Shown here: in pieces, positions 7,960 to 16,735 of the stretch
Layout: each line of letters begins with the position of its first letter
How positions within the stretch are numbered: the stretch's first letter is position 1
NCBI RefSeq assembly: GCF_900232105.1
Contig: NZ_LT934425.1
Coordinates: forward strand, 2,730,001 to 2,762,000
Source of the DNA: Candidatus Kuenenia stuttgartensis
GTDB lineage: Bacteria > Planctomycetota > Brocadiia > Brocadiales > Brocadiaceae
DNA length: 32,000 nucleotides
Direction: 5' to 3'
The notes under the pieces: generated by a model
Databases searched by the model: none
Told to the model about the DNA's origin: nothing
Seen by the model: the letters and a program-made list of their open reading frames with translations, nothing else
Translations under genes and position numbers: made by a program

Positions 7960-10955
7960 ATGACATCTGAAAGACAAATAGAAGAACTTTAATCAATAAT
8001 CTTAAAGACCTTAAATACACATACCGCGATGATATTCTGGATAAGGTCTCGCTTGAAGCAAATTTCAGAGAGCACTTTCAAAGACTCAATAAAGTAAATC
8101 TGAATGATTCTGAATTTGCACGACTTAGAGACGAAATTATTACTGCTGATGTATTCACAGCAGCAAAAACATTGCGTGAAATAAATACTTTTCGCAGAGA
8201 TGATGATACACCCCTGCAATATACCCTGGTTAATATCAAGGACTGGTGCAAAAACGAGTTCGAAGTCATCAATCAACTACGAATAAATACTGAAAATAGT
8301 CATCATCGTTATGATGTCATCTTACTGATTAATGGTGTTCCGGCTGTTCAAATTGAGCTTAAAACTCTTCAGGTAAAACCCAAAAGGGCGATGGAGCAGA
8401 TTGTTGAATACAAAAACGACCCCGGAAATGGTTTTACTAATTCACTTCTCTGTTTTATGCAACTTTTTATTGTCAGTAACGAAAACAATACTTATTACTT
8501 CGCTAATAACCATAAAGACCATTTTGCTTTCAATGCGGATGAAAGATTTTTGCCCATCTATCAGTTAGCTGATGAAGCCAATAAGAAAATCACCCATTTG
8601 CATGATTTCGCCGAAAGGTTTCTTGCAAAATGTACACTGGGACAAATGATCAGCCGTTATATGGTACTAGTGGTTAGCGAACAGAAATTAATGATCATGC
8701 GGCCGTATCAAATTTACGCTGTCAAAGCTATTGTGGACTGTATTCATCAAAACAGAGGAAATGGCTACATCTGGCACACCACCGGAAGTGGAAAAACCCT
8801 TACATCTTTCAAGGCATCAACACTTCTAAAAGATAATCCCGATATTGAAAAATGCTTATTCGTGGTTGACTGCAAAGACCTCGATAAACAGACCCGAGAT
8901 GAGTTCAACAAGTTTCAGGAAGGTTGTGTTGAAGAAAACACCAATACGGAAACACTGGTACAGCGGTTGTTATCAGAAGACTATGCTGATAAAGTGATTG
9001 TTACCACTATCCAGAAACTTGGTCTTGCCCTTGATGAAAACAGTAAAAGAAACCAAAACAGTAAGCAAAAAGGCAGACTGACCTTTAAAGAAAGGTTAAT
9101 GCCGCTTCGTGATAAAAGGATTGTCATTATTTTTGATGAATGCCACCGCGCACAGTTTGGCGATAATCATAAAGCCATCAAAGAGTTCTTCCCCAAAGCA
9201 CAGCTTTTCGGTTTTACCGGAACGCCTATATTTGAGGAAAACGCAACTTATAAACAAGTGGATGGTACCGTAGGCTCTTACAAGACAACCAAAGATATTT
9301 TTGAAAAACAACTGCACGTTTACACCATTACTCACGCCATTGACGATGGCAATGTCCTTCGTTTCCATGTGGATTATTTCAAGCCGGATAGCAAGAAAAA
9401 GGTTAAAACAGCAGATACCATCAGTAAAAAAGCCGTTGTGGATTCGATTCTTGACAAACATGACTCTGCCACTAATGCAAGACGATTCAACGCATTATTG
9501 GCGACAGGCTCAATAAATGACGCTATAGAGTATCATGAACTCTTCAAAGAGATACAAAAAAAGCGTGTACAAGAGAATGAAGATTTTACGCCATTAAATG
9601 TTGCCTGTGTCTTCTCACCTCCTGCCGAAGGAAATAAAGATGTCCAGCAGATTCAGGAGGATTTGCCGCAGGAAAAAGCGGACAACGAACAAGAACCGGA
9701 TAAAAAGAAAGAAGCTCTAAAAGCAATTATTGTTGATTATAACAAGCAATACGGGACAAACCATCGTATTTATGACTTTGATTTGTACTATCAGGATGTA
9801 CAGAAGAGAATCAAAGACCACAAGTATAGCAATGCCGATTATCCGCATAAAAACAAGATCGATTTGGTTATCGTTGTCGATATGCTGTTAACCGGCTTTG
9901 ACTCAAAGTATCTGAATACCCTTTATGTTGATAAAAATTTAAAGCAACATGGATTAATACAGGTTTTTTCTAGAACAAACCGGGTGTTGAATGACACAAA
10001 ACCCTATGGAAATATCCTTGATTTTAGAATGCAAACCAAAGAGGTCGATGAGGCCATCGCACTCTTTTGCGGTCAGGGTACAGAACGGGCTAAAGAAATA
10101 TGGTTGGTTGACCCGGCTCCTGAAGTAATTGAAAAATACAAAAAAGCAGTAGCCGCATTAGGTGATTTTATGCAAGCAAGCGATTTGGTATGCGAACCAC
10201 AAGAAGTTTATAATCTTAAAGGAGATACTGCGCGAATTAACTTCATTAACCGCTTTAAAGAAATACAACGTGTGAAAACTCAGTTAGACCAATACACCGA
10301 TCTAACACCTGAACAAAAAGCGCATATTGAAACACTTATTCCCGAAGACCAATTACGTTCGTTCAGGAGCTCTTATTTAGAAACAGCCAAACAGTTAAAA
10401 GAAAGACAGCAAAAAGAAGGAATCAATGCAGATCCCTCTGTGCAGCAACTGGATTTTGAATTTGTACTGTTTGCCTCTGCTGTAATAGACTACGATTACA
10501 TTATGAAGCTGATTTCCCGTTTCACACAAAACAAGCCGGGCAAACAGAAAATGACACGGGAGCAACTCATCGACCTGCTTAGCTCAAGCGCCAATTTGAT
10601 AGATGAACGTGAGGATATTGTGGCGTATATTAATAGTTTGGAAGTGGGTAAGGGTTTAGACGAAAAGGAAATAAAAGAAGGTTATCAGAAATTTAAAACT
10701 GAAAATGCCGAAAAAGACATGGCGGAGGCAGCCTGCAAGCATGGGCTAGAGCCGGAAGCATTACAATCATTTGTAGATGCAATTATTGACCGAATGGTTT
10801 TTGACGGCGAAAAACTCAGCGATCTGATGGAACCACTTGGATTGAGTTGGAAAGACAGAACAAAAAACGAACTGGAATTGATGGAAGATTTAATACCGTT
10901 GTTGAAAAAACTTGCCGGTGGGCGCGAGATTGCTGGGTTGACAGCGTATGAGTAA
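7960..10955 (+). pseudogene. hsdR: Type I restriction enzyme R subunit (EcoR124I-like HsdR) with an N-terminal frameshift
   Basis: Uninterrupted ORF 8172-10955 (927 aa from TTG). It has the nuclease region YDVILLINGVPAVQIELK and helicase motifs HTTGSGKT, IIFDECHR, GFTGTP and QVFSRTNR. The HsdR-like N-terminus continues upstream in the same frame to 7971 with no start codon. ATG 7960 (MTSERQIEEL, then stop) is in the neighbouring frame. Adding one T to the T-run 7988-7990 gives MTSERQIEELLINNLKDLKYTYRDDILDK... Confidence 0.8.
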
Positions 10956-11844
10956 TCAATTATCAATAGAAAAAATAATATACACAATCCGAGACTTTCA
11001 GGTGATGCTTGATCGTGATCTTGCCGTACTGTATGACGTGGAGACAAGGGCTATCAATCAGGCAGTGAAGCGGAATATGGGCAGATTCCCTACTGAATTT
11101 TGTTTTCAGCTATCGGATGAAGAATTTGAAAATTGGAAATCACAGATTGTGATTTCCAATGAGGATAAGATGGGACTCAGAAGACCGCCATACGCCTTCA
11201 CAGAGCAAGGCGTGGCAATGCTATCGGCAGTCTTACGGAGCGAAACTGCCGTAAAAGTAAGCGTCAATATTATGAAAGCCTTTATAGCGATGAGACGATT
11301 TTTGACGGAGAACGCTTATATATTTAAACGCATAGATACTATTGAGCAAAAACAAATAAGAACAGATAGTAAAGTCGATGAAAACAGTAAAAAAATTGAA
11401 ACTGTTTTGAATGCAATAGAAGCGAAAGCGTTACCGCAACGGCAGGGCATTTTTTATGAAGGTCAAGTATTTGATGCTTATACATTTGTGTCTGATTTGA
11501 TACGCTCGGCAAAGTCTTCGATTATCCTTATCGACAATTATATTGACGAATCAATACTTACTTTTTTCACAAAAAAGAAGCGAGATGTTACGGTTACAAT
11601 CTATACAAAAAAAATCTTAAAACAATTCGCCTTGGATATAAAAAAATTTAACGAACAGTATCCTTTACTTTCAGTTAAAGAGTTCTCCAAATCACACGAT
11701 AGATTTCTCATAATAGATGAAGATGCTATTTATCACATCGGTGCTTCACTGAAAGATCTGGGGAAAAAATGGTTCGCATTTTCCAAAATGGAATTCTCAG
11801 TGGCGGAAATGCTGATGAAAATTAAAGGACAAGAAGAGAAATGA
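10948..11844 (+). CDS. ORF6N (KilA-N-related) DNA-binding domain protein with a PLD/HKD-like C-terminal domain, embedded in the R-M operon
   Basis: 298 aa. The start overlaps the hsdR stop (ATGAGTAA). The N-terminal pattern IRDFQVMLDRDLAVLYDVETRAINQAVKRNMGRFPTEFCFQLS...RRPPYAFTEQGVAMLSAVLRS is typical of ORF6N. The C-terminus has IILIDNYID ... HDRFLIID ... IGASLKDLGKK, resembling an HxKx4D...GSxN motif with K replaced by R. Confidence 0.8.
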   Translation: MSNQLSIEKIIYTIRDFQVMLDRDLAVLYDVETRAINQAVKRNMGRFPTEFCFQLSDEEFENWKSQIVISNEDKMGLRRPPYAFTEQGVAMLSAVLRSETAVKVSVNIMKAFIAMRRFLTENAYIFKRIDTIEQKQIRTDSKVDENSKKIETVLNAIEAKALPQRQGIFYEGQVFDAYTFVSDLIRSAKSSIILIDNYIDESILTFFTKKKRDVTVTIYTKKILKQFALDIKKFNEQYPLLSVKEFSKSHDRFLIIDEDAIYHIGASLKDLGKKWFAFSKMEFSVAEMLMKIKGQEEK

Positions 11845-12249
11845 ACCACGAAAAATGGCGTTGAATATTGGCTGGCACGTGATTTACAGCACTTGCTGGG
11901 ATATACCAAATGGGACAATTTTTTGAATGTAATCTCCAAGGCGAAAACAGCCTGTGAAGTCTCCGGGCATGAAATCCAAGACCATTTTGCCGACGTCGGG
12001 AAAATGGTTGATCTGGGGTCGGGCAGCCAGCGGGAAATTAACGATATCATGCTTACCCGCTATGCCTGTTATCTGATTGCTCAGAACGGAGACCCTGCCA
12101 AACAGGAGATTGCCTTCGCTCAGACCTATTTTGCTATGCAGACACGCAAGGCGGAATTGATTGAGCAACGCTTACTTGAATCCGAGAGGGTATCAGCCCG
12201 AAAAAAGCACCAAATAAGAGAACACAGCGCTCTCGTGGTTAACGGGTAG
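11845..12249 (+). pseudogene. Truncated copy of dinD, covering roughly residues 21-137 of the full-length paralog
   Basis: Starts in frame immediately after the ORF6N stop with ...KNGVEYWLARDLQHLLGYTKWDNF. About 90% nucleotide identity to 14541-14900 over a 150-nt stretch aligned by hand. Homology ends after ...SERVSARKK near 12205. It lacks the N-terminus and the C-terminal half. Confidence 0.85.
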
Positions 12250-12280
12250 CAAATTAAAAGTTTTATTGAGGTTTGATATT

Positions 12281-12556
12281 ATGGCTAAGATCAATGTATT
12301 AGATAAAGAAATCGCAATATATTCTTACAATGATGATGACTACATTTCTTTAACGGATATGGTTAAAAACATTGAAAACGGACTTTCTCTGATTGAAAAA
12401 TGGCTCCGCAATAAAAACACTATCGAATTTATGGGAATTTGGGAAGAAATGTATAACCCGGATTTTAAATCCACCGAATTCGAGGGAATTAAAAATCAGG
12501 CAGGCTTGAACAGGTTTGTTTTATCTGTGAAACAGTGGGTAGAAAAAGAGGAATGA
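12281..12556 (+). pseudogene. 3'-truncated KilA-N domain gene
   Basis: ATG 12281 is preceded by GAGG. MAKINVLDKEIAIYSYNDDDYISLTDM...WLRNKNTIEFMGIWEEMYNPDFKSTEFEGIKNQAGLNRFVLSVKQWVEK matches the N-terminal ~90 aa of the ~250-aa KilA-N proteins common in R-M loci. The ORF stops at the TGA of the ATGAACCACGG repeat. Confidence 0.7.
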
Positions 12557-12595
12557 ACCACGGAAGACCTAGCGCGGCCTTTGGCCGCAACCAAA
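12553..12595 (+). repeat. 43-nt junction repeat, copy 1 (ATGAACCACGGAA...GCGCGGCCTTTGGCCGCAACCAAA)
   Basis: 40/43 identical by hand alignment to 16536-16578. Contains the hairpin GCGGCC-TTT-GGCCGC (12574-12588). Confidence 0.85.
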
Positions 12596-12622
12596 AAGGT
12601 GATTTTTAGTTTATTATAAAGT

Positions 12623-14269
12623 ATAGTAGTATCCTCGTAAATAGTAATCAGACAATTTGGAGGACACTACTTATGAATAAGTTGATGGAATTATATCGAG
12701 ACAGGATCGTGGGTGCAATAAGCGGTCTGTACAGGATTCGTTTTCGCGGGACATTGCGGTGGTTGGCCAGTGAGCGTGGGATGGGAACATTCATGAACCA
12801 AGCGAGAATTCTGCTTAAGGATTTTTCCGGTTGGGTCAATGGGCTTACGGCACAGGTGCGAGACAGTTGTGAATCGCGGGCGAAAGATTTGGGTATCGAG
12901 GTGCGGTATTTGATGAGCAGCGGTGTTGATAAGGAGAAGTTGGCTCGCCAGATCGCGGCGGATAAGAGGATTACGGAAGGTTCCATCTGCCTGTTGAGTG
13001 TGGTAGAGCCTTGTATTGCGCCGATGGTCAAGGGCAACAAGGCCAGCAAGAAGCTCGAGTTGGTAATGGCGCCCCGCAAGTGTGTCTTTGTGTATCATTA
13101 TTTTAATGATCCAGTGTTTGGTTTTGGTCATGTTCGTATCCAGAGTTGGGCGCCGTTTAATATTTTCATTTGTCTCAATGGTCGTCATTGGCTGGAGCGG
13201 CAACTTCAGAAGCAAGGTATTGATTATGTTAAGGACGGCAACTGTTTTGTGCGTATAGAGGATATTGCGGCTGCGCAGGTTCTGCTCCATGAGCAGCTTA
13301 AGACTGACTGGGCGAAGCTGCTGAACGGGCTTGCGTTAGGCAGTTGCCCGGCATTGTCGCAGATTCTTCGTCCGTTGGAACCGGAGTATTACTGGTCTGC
13401 GGATGAGACGGAGTGGGCGACGGACATCATGTTTAAATCGGTTGAGGCATTGGAGGAGTTGTTTCCATCGTTTGTTCATCATGCGATGCGGGTTTGCGAC
13501 AGTTCTTCGGTGATGAAGTATTTGGGTAGGCGTAACCTTGCAGGCGCTGCCCCTGATGAGGTTATCAGCGACTATCGAAGACGCTATGAAGGTATACGGG
13601 TCAAGCACAGTGTGAATTATAATTCAGTGAAGATGTATAACAAGAGCGGTAGTCTCTTGCGTATTGAGACAACGATCAATAATACGCGGGACTTTAAGGT
13701 CTTTCGGAGTCCCAATGATGATGAAGGCAAACCGGCGTCATGGCAGAAGATGCGTAAGGGCGTAAGCGATCTTCATCGACGGTGTGAGGTGAGCCAACAA
13801 TGCAATGATCGTTATGGGGATGCTTTGGCGGCGGCTCAGGTAGAGGAGAAACTGAAAGAAGTGGTGAGCAGCGCTTGTAACAAGGTTGTCAAAGAGGGCA
13901 AGAGGTATCGAGGTTTGAATCCCTGGCAGCAGGATGATTACCAGATGCTGATGTTCCTGTCCAAAGGCGAAAACGCGATAAATGGATTCCGCAACCATGA
14001 TTTGCGTAAGTGGCTTTACCGGGAATCCGAACAATCCGGCAAGGATCAGCAAAAGAAATATTCCGGACGAACGACCCGACGGATAAAGATGCTGCGGGCA
14101 CACGGTCTAATCCGCAAAGTTCCGAGGGCCAACCGCTATGTTTTGACGGAGAAAGGCCAGAAGTTCTCTTGTTCACTGATGACCGCTTCAGCCCTTGATA
14201 TTAAAGCACTTACGGAAATGGCGGCATGAAAAACACGCATAAAAAACAAGAAATTGATGGATAGTAGTA
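12623..14269 (+). mobile_element. Candidate insertion carrying the 518-aa gene (unclassified)
   Basis: 9-bp direct repeats ATAGTAGTA at 12623-12631 and 14261-14269. The interior is visibly more G+C-rich than the flanks: hand counts give 36/60 at 12721-12780 and 34/60 at 13321-13380, against 15/60 at 12601-12660. The last ~85 nt, including the gene's 3' end, recur as a degenerate solo copy at 16650-16735. No terminal inverted repeats found. Confidence 0.45.
12673..14229 (+). CDS. Conserved-looking hypothetical protein of unknown function with a C-terminal winged-helix-like segment
   Basis: 518-aa uninterrupted ORF, with GGAGG 8 nt upstream of the ATG. The C-terminus RRIKMLRAHGLIRKVPRANRYVLTEKGQ resembles a wHTH. 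I could not identify a DDE, HUH, recombinase, RT or nuclease signature by eye. Confidence 0.7.
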   Translation: MNKLMELYRDRIVGAISGLYRIRFRGTLRWLASERGMGTFMNQARILLKDFSGWVNGLTAQVRDSCESRAKDLGIEVRYLMSSGVDKEKLARQIAADKRITEGSICLLSVVEPCIAPMVKGNKASKKLELVMAPRKCVFVYHYFNDPVFGFGHVRIQSWAPFNIFICLNGRHWLERQLQKQGIDYVKDGNCFVRIEDIAAAQVLLHEQLKTDWAKLLNGLALGSCPALSQILRPLEPEYYWSADETEWATDIMFKSVEALEELFPSFVHHAMRVCDSSSVMKYLGRRNLAGAAPDEVISDYRRRYEGIRVKHSVNYNSVKMYNKSGSLLRIETTINNTRDFKVFRSPNDDEGKPASWQKMRKGVSDLHRRCEVSQQCNDRYGDALAAAQVEEKLKEVVSSACNKVVKEGKRYRGLNPWQQDDYQMLMFLSKGENAINGFRNHDLRKWLYRESEQSGKDQQKKYSGRTTRRIKMLRAHGLIRKVPRANRYVLTEKGQKFSCSLMTASALDIKALTEMAA

Positions 14270-14315
14270 CGGAATATCCAGAAAGGCTGGAAGAGAATTG
14301 AAACACGGATGCTTC

Positions 14316-14462
14316 GAGAAACTCAGCGATTTAATGGAGCCGCTGGACTTAGACTGGAAAGAGCGGACAAAAAAGGAACTGGAATTGATGGAAGATTTAA
14401 TACCACTATTAAAAAAACTTGCCGGCGGGTGCGAGATTGCGGGGTTGGGGGCGTATGAATAA
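14316..14462 (+). pseudogene. Remnant of the 3' end of a second hsdR gene
   Basis: Translates to EKLSDLMEPLDLDWKERTKKELELMEDLIPLLKKLAGGCEIAGLGAYE plus a stop. This is colinear with the last 48 codons of hsdR (10809-10955), with roughly 80% nucleotide identity by hand count. No upstream hsdR sequence is present. Confidence 0.9.
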
Positions 14463-14482
14463 GAAAAGAGGAGTGCGATAAA

Positions 14483-15328
14483 ATGGAAAATGATTTGATT
14501 TACACAATGACCGCAACCTTTGAAGGGCATGCTCAAACAACAGAAAACGGGGTTGAATACTGGCTTGCGCGAGACTTGCAACAGTTGTTGGGCTATAACG
14601 AATGGCGTAACTTCCTCAATGTCATCACTAAGGCGAAAACAGCCTGTGATGTATCCGGACATGCCGTCGTCAACCATTTTGTTGATGTCAACAAAATGGT
14701 TGATCTGGGATCCGGCAGCAAGCGGGAAATCAGCGACATCATGCTTACCCGCTATGCCTGTTATCTGATTGCTCAGAACGGAGACCCGGCCAAACAGGAG
14801 ATTGCCTTTGCGCAGACCTATTTTGCCATGCAGACGCGCAAAGTGGAATTAATAGAACAACGCTTGCTTGAATCAGAGCGGGTTTCAGCCCGTAAAAAGC
14901 TCTCTGCCACAGAAAAGGAATTATCGGATGTGATCTATGAACAAACAGGCGGCAATCAGAATTTTGCGCTGATTCGCAGTAAAGGTGATCATGCTTTGTT
15001 CGGAAAAACCACGCAGGCCATGAAAGCCCAATGGCGGGTTCCTGACAACAGGCCTCTGGCGGATTTTGCTCCCACGATTATTCTAAAAGCCAAGGATTTC
15101 GCAACGGAAATCACCATCCACAATGCCCGTGAAAACAAGATGAAAAATGAGTCTGAAATATCTGGCGAGCATGTGACCAACAATAGGGCAGTGCGGGACA
15201 CCCTGCTGAATCGAGGCATCCGTCCGGAAAGCCTGCCACCGGCTGAAGATGACAAAAAGGTAGAGCGCCGTCTGGATACGGCTCAGAAGAAAACAATCAA
15301 AAACCCTGATAGACTGGAAGAATTATGA
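14483..15328 (+). CDS. dinD: DNA damage-inducible protein D homolog
   Basis: 281 aa. Colinear resemblance to E. coli DinD, for example ...LLGY..W..F..VI.KAK.AC..SGH...DHF.....MV.IGS...R...DI.LSRYACYL..QNGDPAKP.IA..QTYFA.QTR. SD GAGGAG lies upstream. Confidence 0.9.
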   Translation: MENDLIYTMTATFEGHAQTTENGVEYWLARDLQQLLGYNEWRNFLNVITKAKTACDVSGHAVVNHFVDVNKMVDLGSGSKREISDIMLTRYACYLIAQNGDPAKQEIAFAQTYFAMQTRKVELIEQRLLESERVSARKKLSATEKELSDVIYEQTGGNQNFALIRSKGDHALFGKTTQAMKAQWRVPDNRPLADFAPTIILKAKDFATEITIHNARENKMKNESEISGEHVTNNRAVRDTLLNRGIRPESLPPAEDDKKVERRLDTAQKKTIKNPDRLEEL

Positions 15329-16539
15329 ATCACAAAAGGCACGAAAAGCACGAAAAAAAACAATTGGTGCCAAAGCTGAGATTTCCTGAGTTTCGGGATA
15401 AGGGGGAGTGGCAAGAAAATGAACTGAAGCAGTTTTTAACAGAAAGTCGCATCTTGGGTAGCAAGGGAAATACTGCAAAGAAAATCACAGTAAAACTTTG
15501 GGGAAAAGGCGTTTTTGAGAAGAACGATGAAATCCAAGGTAGCATCAATACGCAATATTACCGAAGAACAACAGGTCAGTTCATTTATAGCAAACTTGAT
15601 TTTCTCAATCAGGCATTTGGTCTTATTCCTGAACACTTAGACAGTTATGAATCCACCGTTGATCTTCCATGTTTCGATATAAGCCAAGGTATCAGTCCTG
15701 TTTTTTTGCTTGAATATGTAAAGCGAAAAGATTTTTACGAAAAACTAGGTGAAACAGCAGATGGTAGTAGAAAAGCAAGGCGAATACACGCTGATACGTT
15801 TCTATCTTTTCCTATCTTTATGCCTTCGCCTCAAGAACAACAAAAAATCGTCGATTGCCTCACCACCTTCGATGAACTCATCACCGCCGAAGCCGGGAAG
15901 CTCGAAGCCTACAAAGCCCATAAAAAAGGGCTGATGCAAAAGCTCTTCCCTGCCGAAGGGGAAACCATGCCGGAATGGCGGTTCCCTGAGTTTCGGGGTA
16001 AGGGGGAGTGGGAGCATTATGTAATTAACGATATTGCAAAGGTTACTACAGGGAATAAAGACACTCAAAATAAATTTGATGATGGAGAATATCCATTTTT
16101 TGTAAGATCACAAACTGTTGAGAGAATAAACTCTTATTCGTATGATGGCGAAGCAATATTAACTTCCGGTGATGGTGTCGGTGTTGGCAAAAATTTTCAT
16201 TACATTATTGGAAAGTTTGACTTTCATCAAAGGGTTTATTGTATATATGATTTTGAAAAAACTGTTTCAGGACATTTTGTTTATCATTATTTTACTGAGC
16301 ATTTTTACAAAAGAGTAATGCAATTAAGTGCTAAAAATTCCGTTGATTCAGTAAGAATGGCAATGATTACAGAAATGCCTATTAGCTTGCCAAGCAATGA
16401 AGAACAACAGAAAATTACAACTTGCCTCTCTGCCCTCGATAACCTCATCACCGCCCAGTCTAAGAAAATCGACACCCTCAAAATCCATAAAAAAGGCTTG
16501 ATGCAGGGGCTTTTCCCGTCTGCTGAGGTGAATATATGA
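15325..16539 (+). CDS. hsdS: Type I R-M specificity subunit
   Basis: 404 aa. Two half-repeats, each beginning (L/W)RFPEFR(D/G)KGEW and ending in the conserved helices QQKI..CL...D.LITA...K......HKKGLMQ.LFP. The start overlaps the dinD stop (ATGA). Confidence 0.92.
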   Translation: MNHKRHEKHEKKQLVPKLRFPEFRDKGEWQENELKQFLTESRILGSKGNTAKKITVKLWGKGVFEKNDEIQGSINTQYYRRTTGQFIYSKLDFLNQAFGLIPEHLDSYESTVDLPCFDISQGISPVFLLEYVKRKDFYEKLGETADGSRKARRIHADTFLSFPIFMPSPQEQQKIVDCLTTFDELITAEAGKLEAYKAHKKGLMQKLFPAEGETMPEWRFPEFRGKGEWEHYVINDIAKVTTGNKDTQNKFDDGEYPFFVRSQTVERINSYSYDGEAILTSGDGVGVGKNFHYIIGKFDFHQRVYCIYDFEKTVSGHFVYHYFTEHFYKRVMQLSAKNSVDSVRMAMITEMPISLPSNEEQQKITTCLSALDNLITAQSKKIDTLKIHKKGLMQGLFPSAEVNI

Positions 16540-16633
16540 ACCACGGAAAACTTGGCGCGGCCTTTGGCCGCAACCAAATTCAAAATACGAATATCGAAAT
16601 ACGAAACAAATTCAAATGACAAAAAACCCAATG
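16536..16633 (+). repeat. Junction repeat, copy 2, extended by a ~55-nt AT-rich tail
   Basis: The first 43 nt match 12553-12595 at 40/43. The whole ~85-nt unit from 16551 recurs in inverted orientation at 18840-18927: GCGC, a hairpin, CA(A/C)CCAAA, then CGAAATACGAAA...AAACAAATTC.AAA. Confidence 0.75.
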
Positions 16634-16649
16634 CTCCAAACTTTACGTA

Positions 16650-16735
16650 ATCCTCATCTAATCAATGCCTTACGGTTATGCATTTTGAAAAACGAGCATA
16701 AAAAACAAGAAGTTGATGGATAGTAGTACGGAAGG
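16650..16735 (+). repeat. Degenerate solo copy of the right end of the 518-aa-gene element
   Basis: TGAAAAACGAGCATAAAAAACAAGAAGTTGATGGATAGTAGTACGGAA (16686-16733) against TGAAAAACACGCATAAAAAACAAGAAATTGATGGATAGTAGTACGGAA (14226-14273). Upstream, AATGCCTTACGGTTATGC resembles AAAGCACTTACGGAAATGGC, the last codons of the 518-aa gene. Confidence 0.7.

Noticed and set aside
7960-7995. Programmed ribosomal frameshift in hsdR
   Set aside because: The required shift is -1 at CTT TAA T, which is not a canonical X XXY YYZ slippery heptamer. A +1 RF2-like shift at CTT TAA leads straight to another stop. A 1-nt indel in the T-run is the simpler explanation.
10685-11047. 120-aa antisense ORF over the hsdR/ORF6N junction, and likewise 14210-14677 (-) over the hsdR remnant/dinD
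   Set aside because: Both are antisense to well-supported genes, and their similarity to each other only reflects the duplicated sense sequence. They have low-complexity composition and no SD.
11893-12249. Track ORF 11893-12249 as an intact small gene
   Set aside because: Homology to dinD starts upstream of its TTG, at 11851, directly after the ORF6N stop. It ends abruptly at about 12205. It is a fragment, not a functional paralog.
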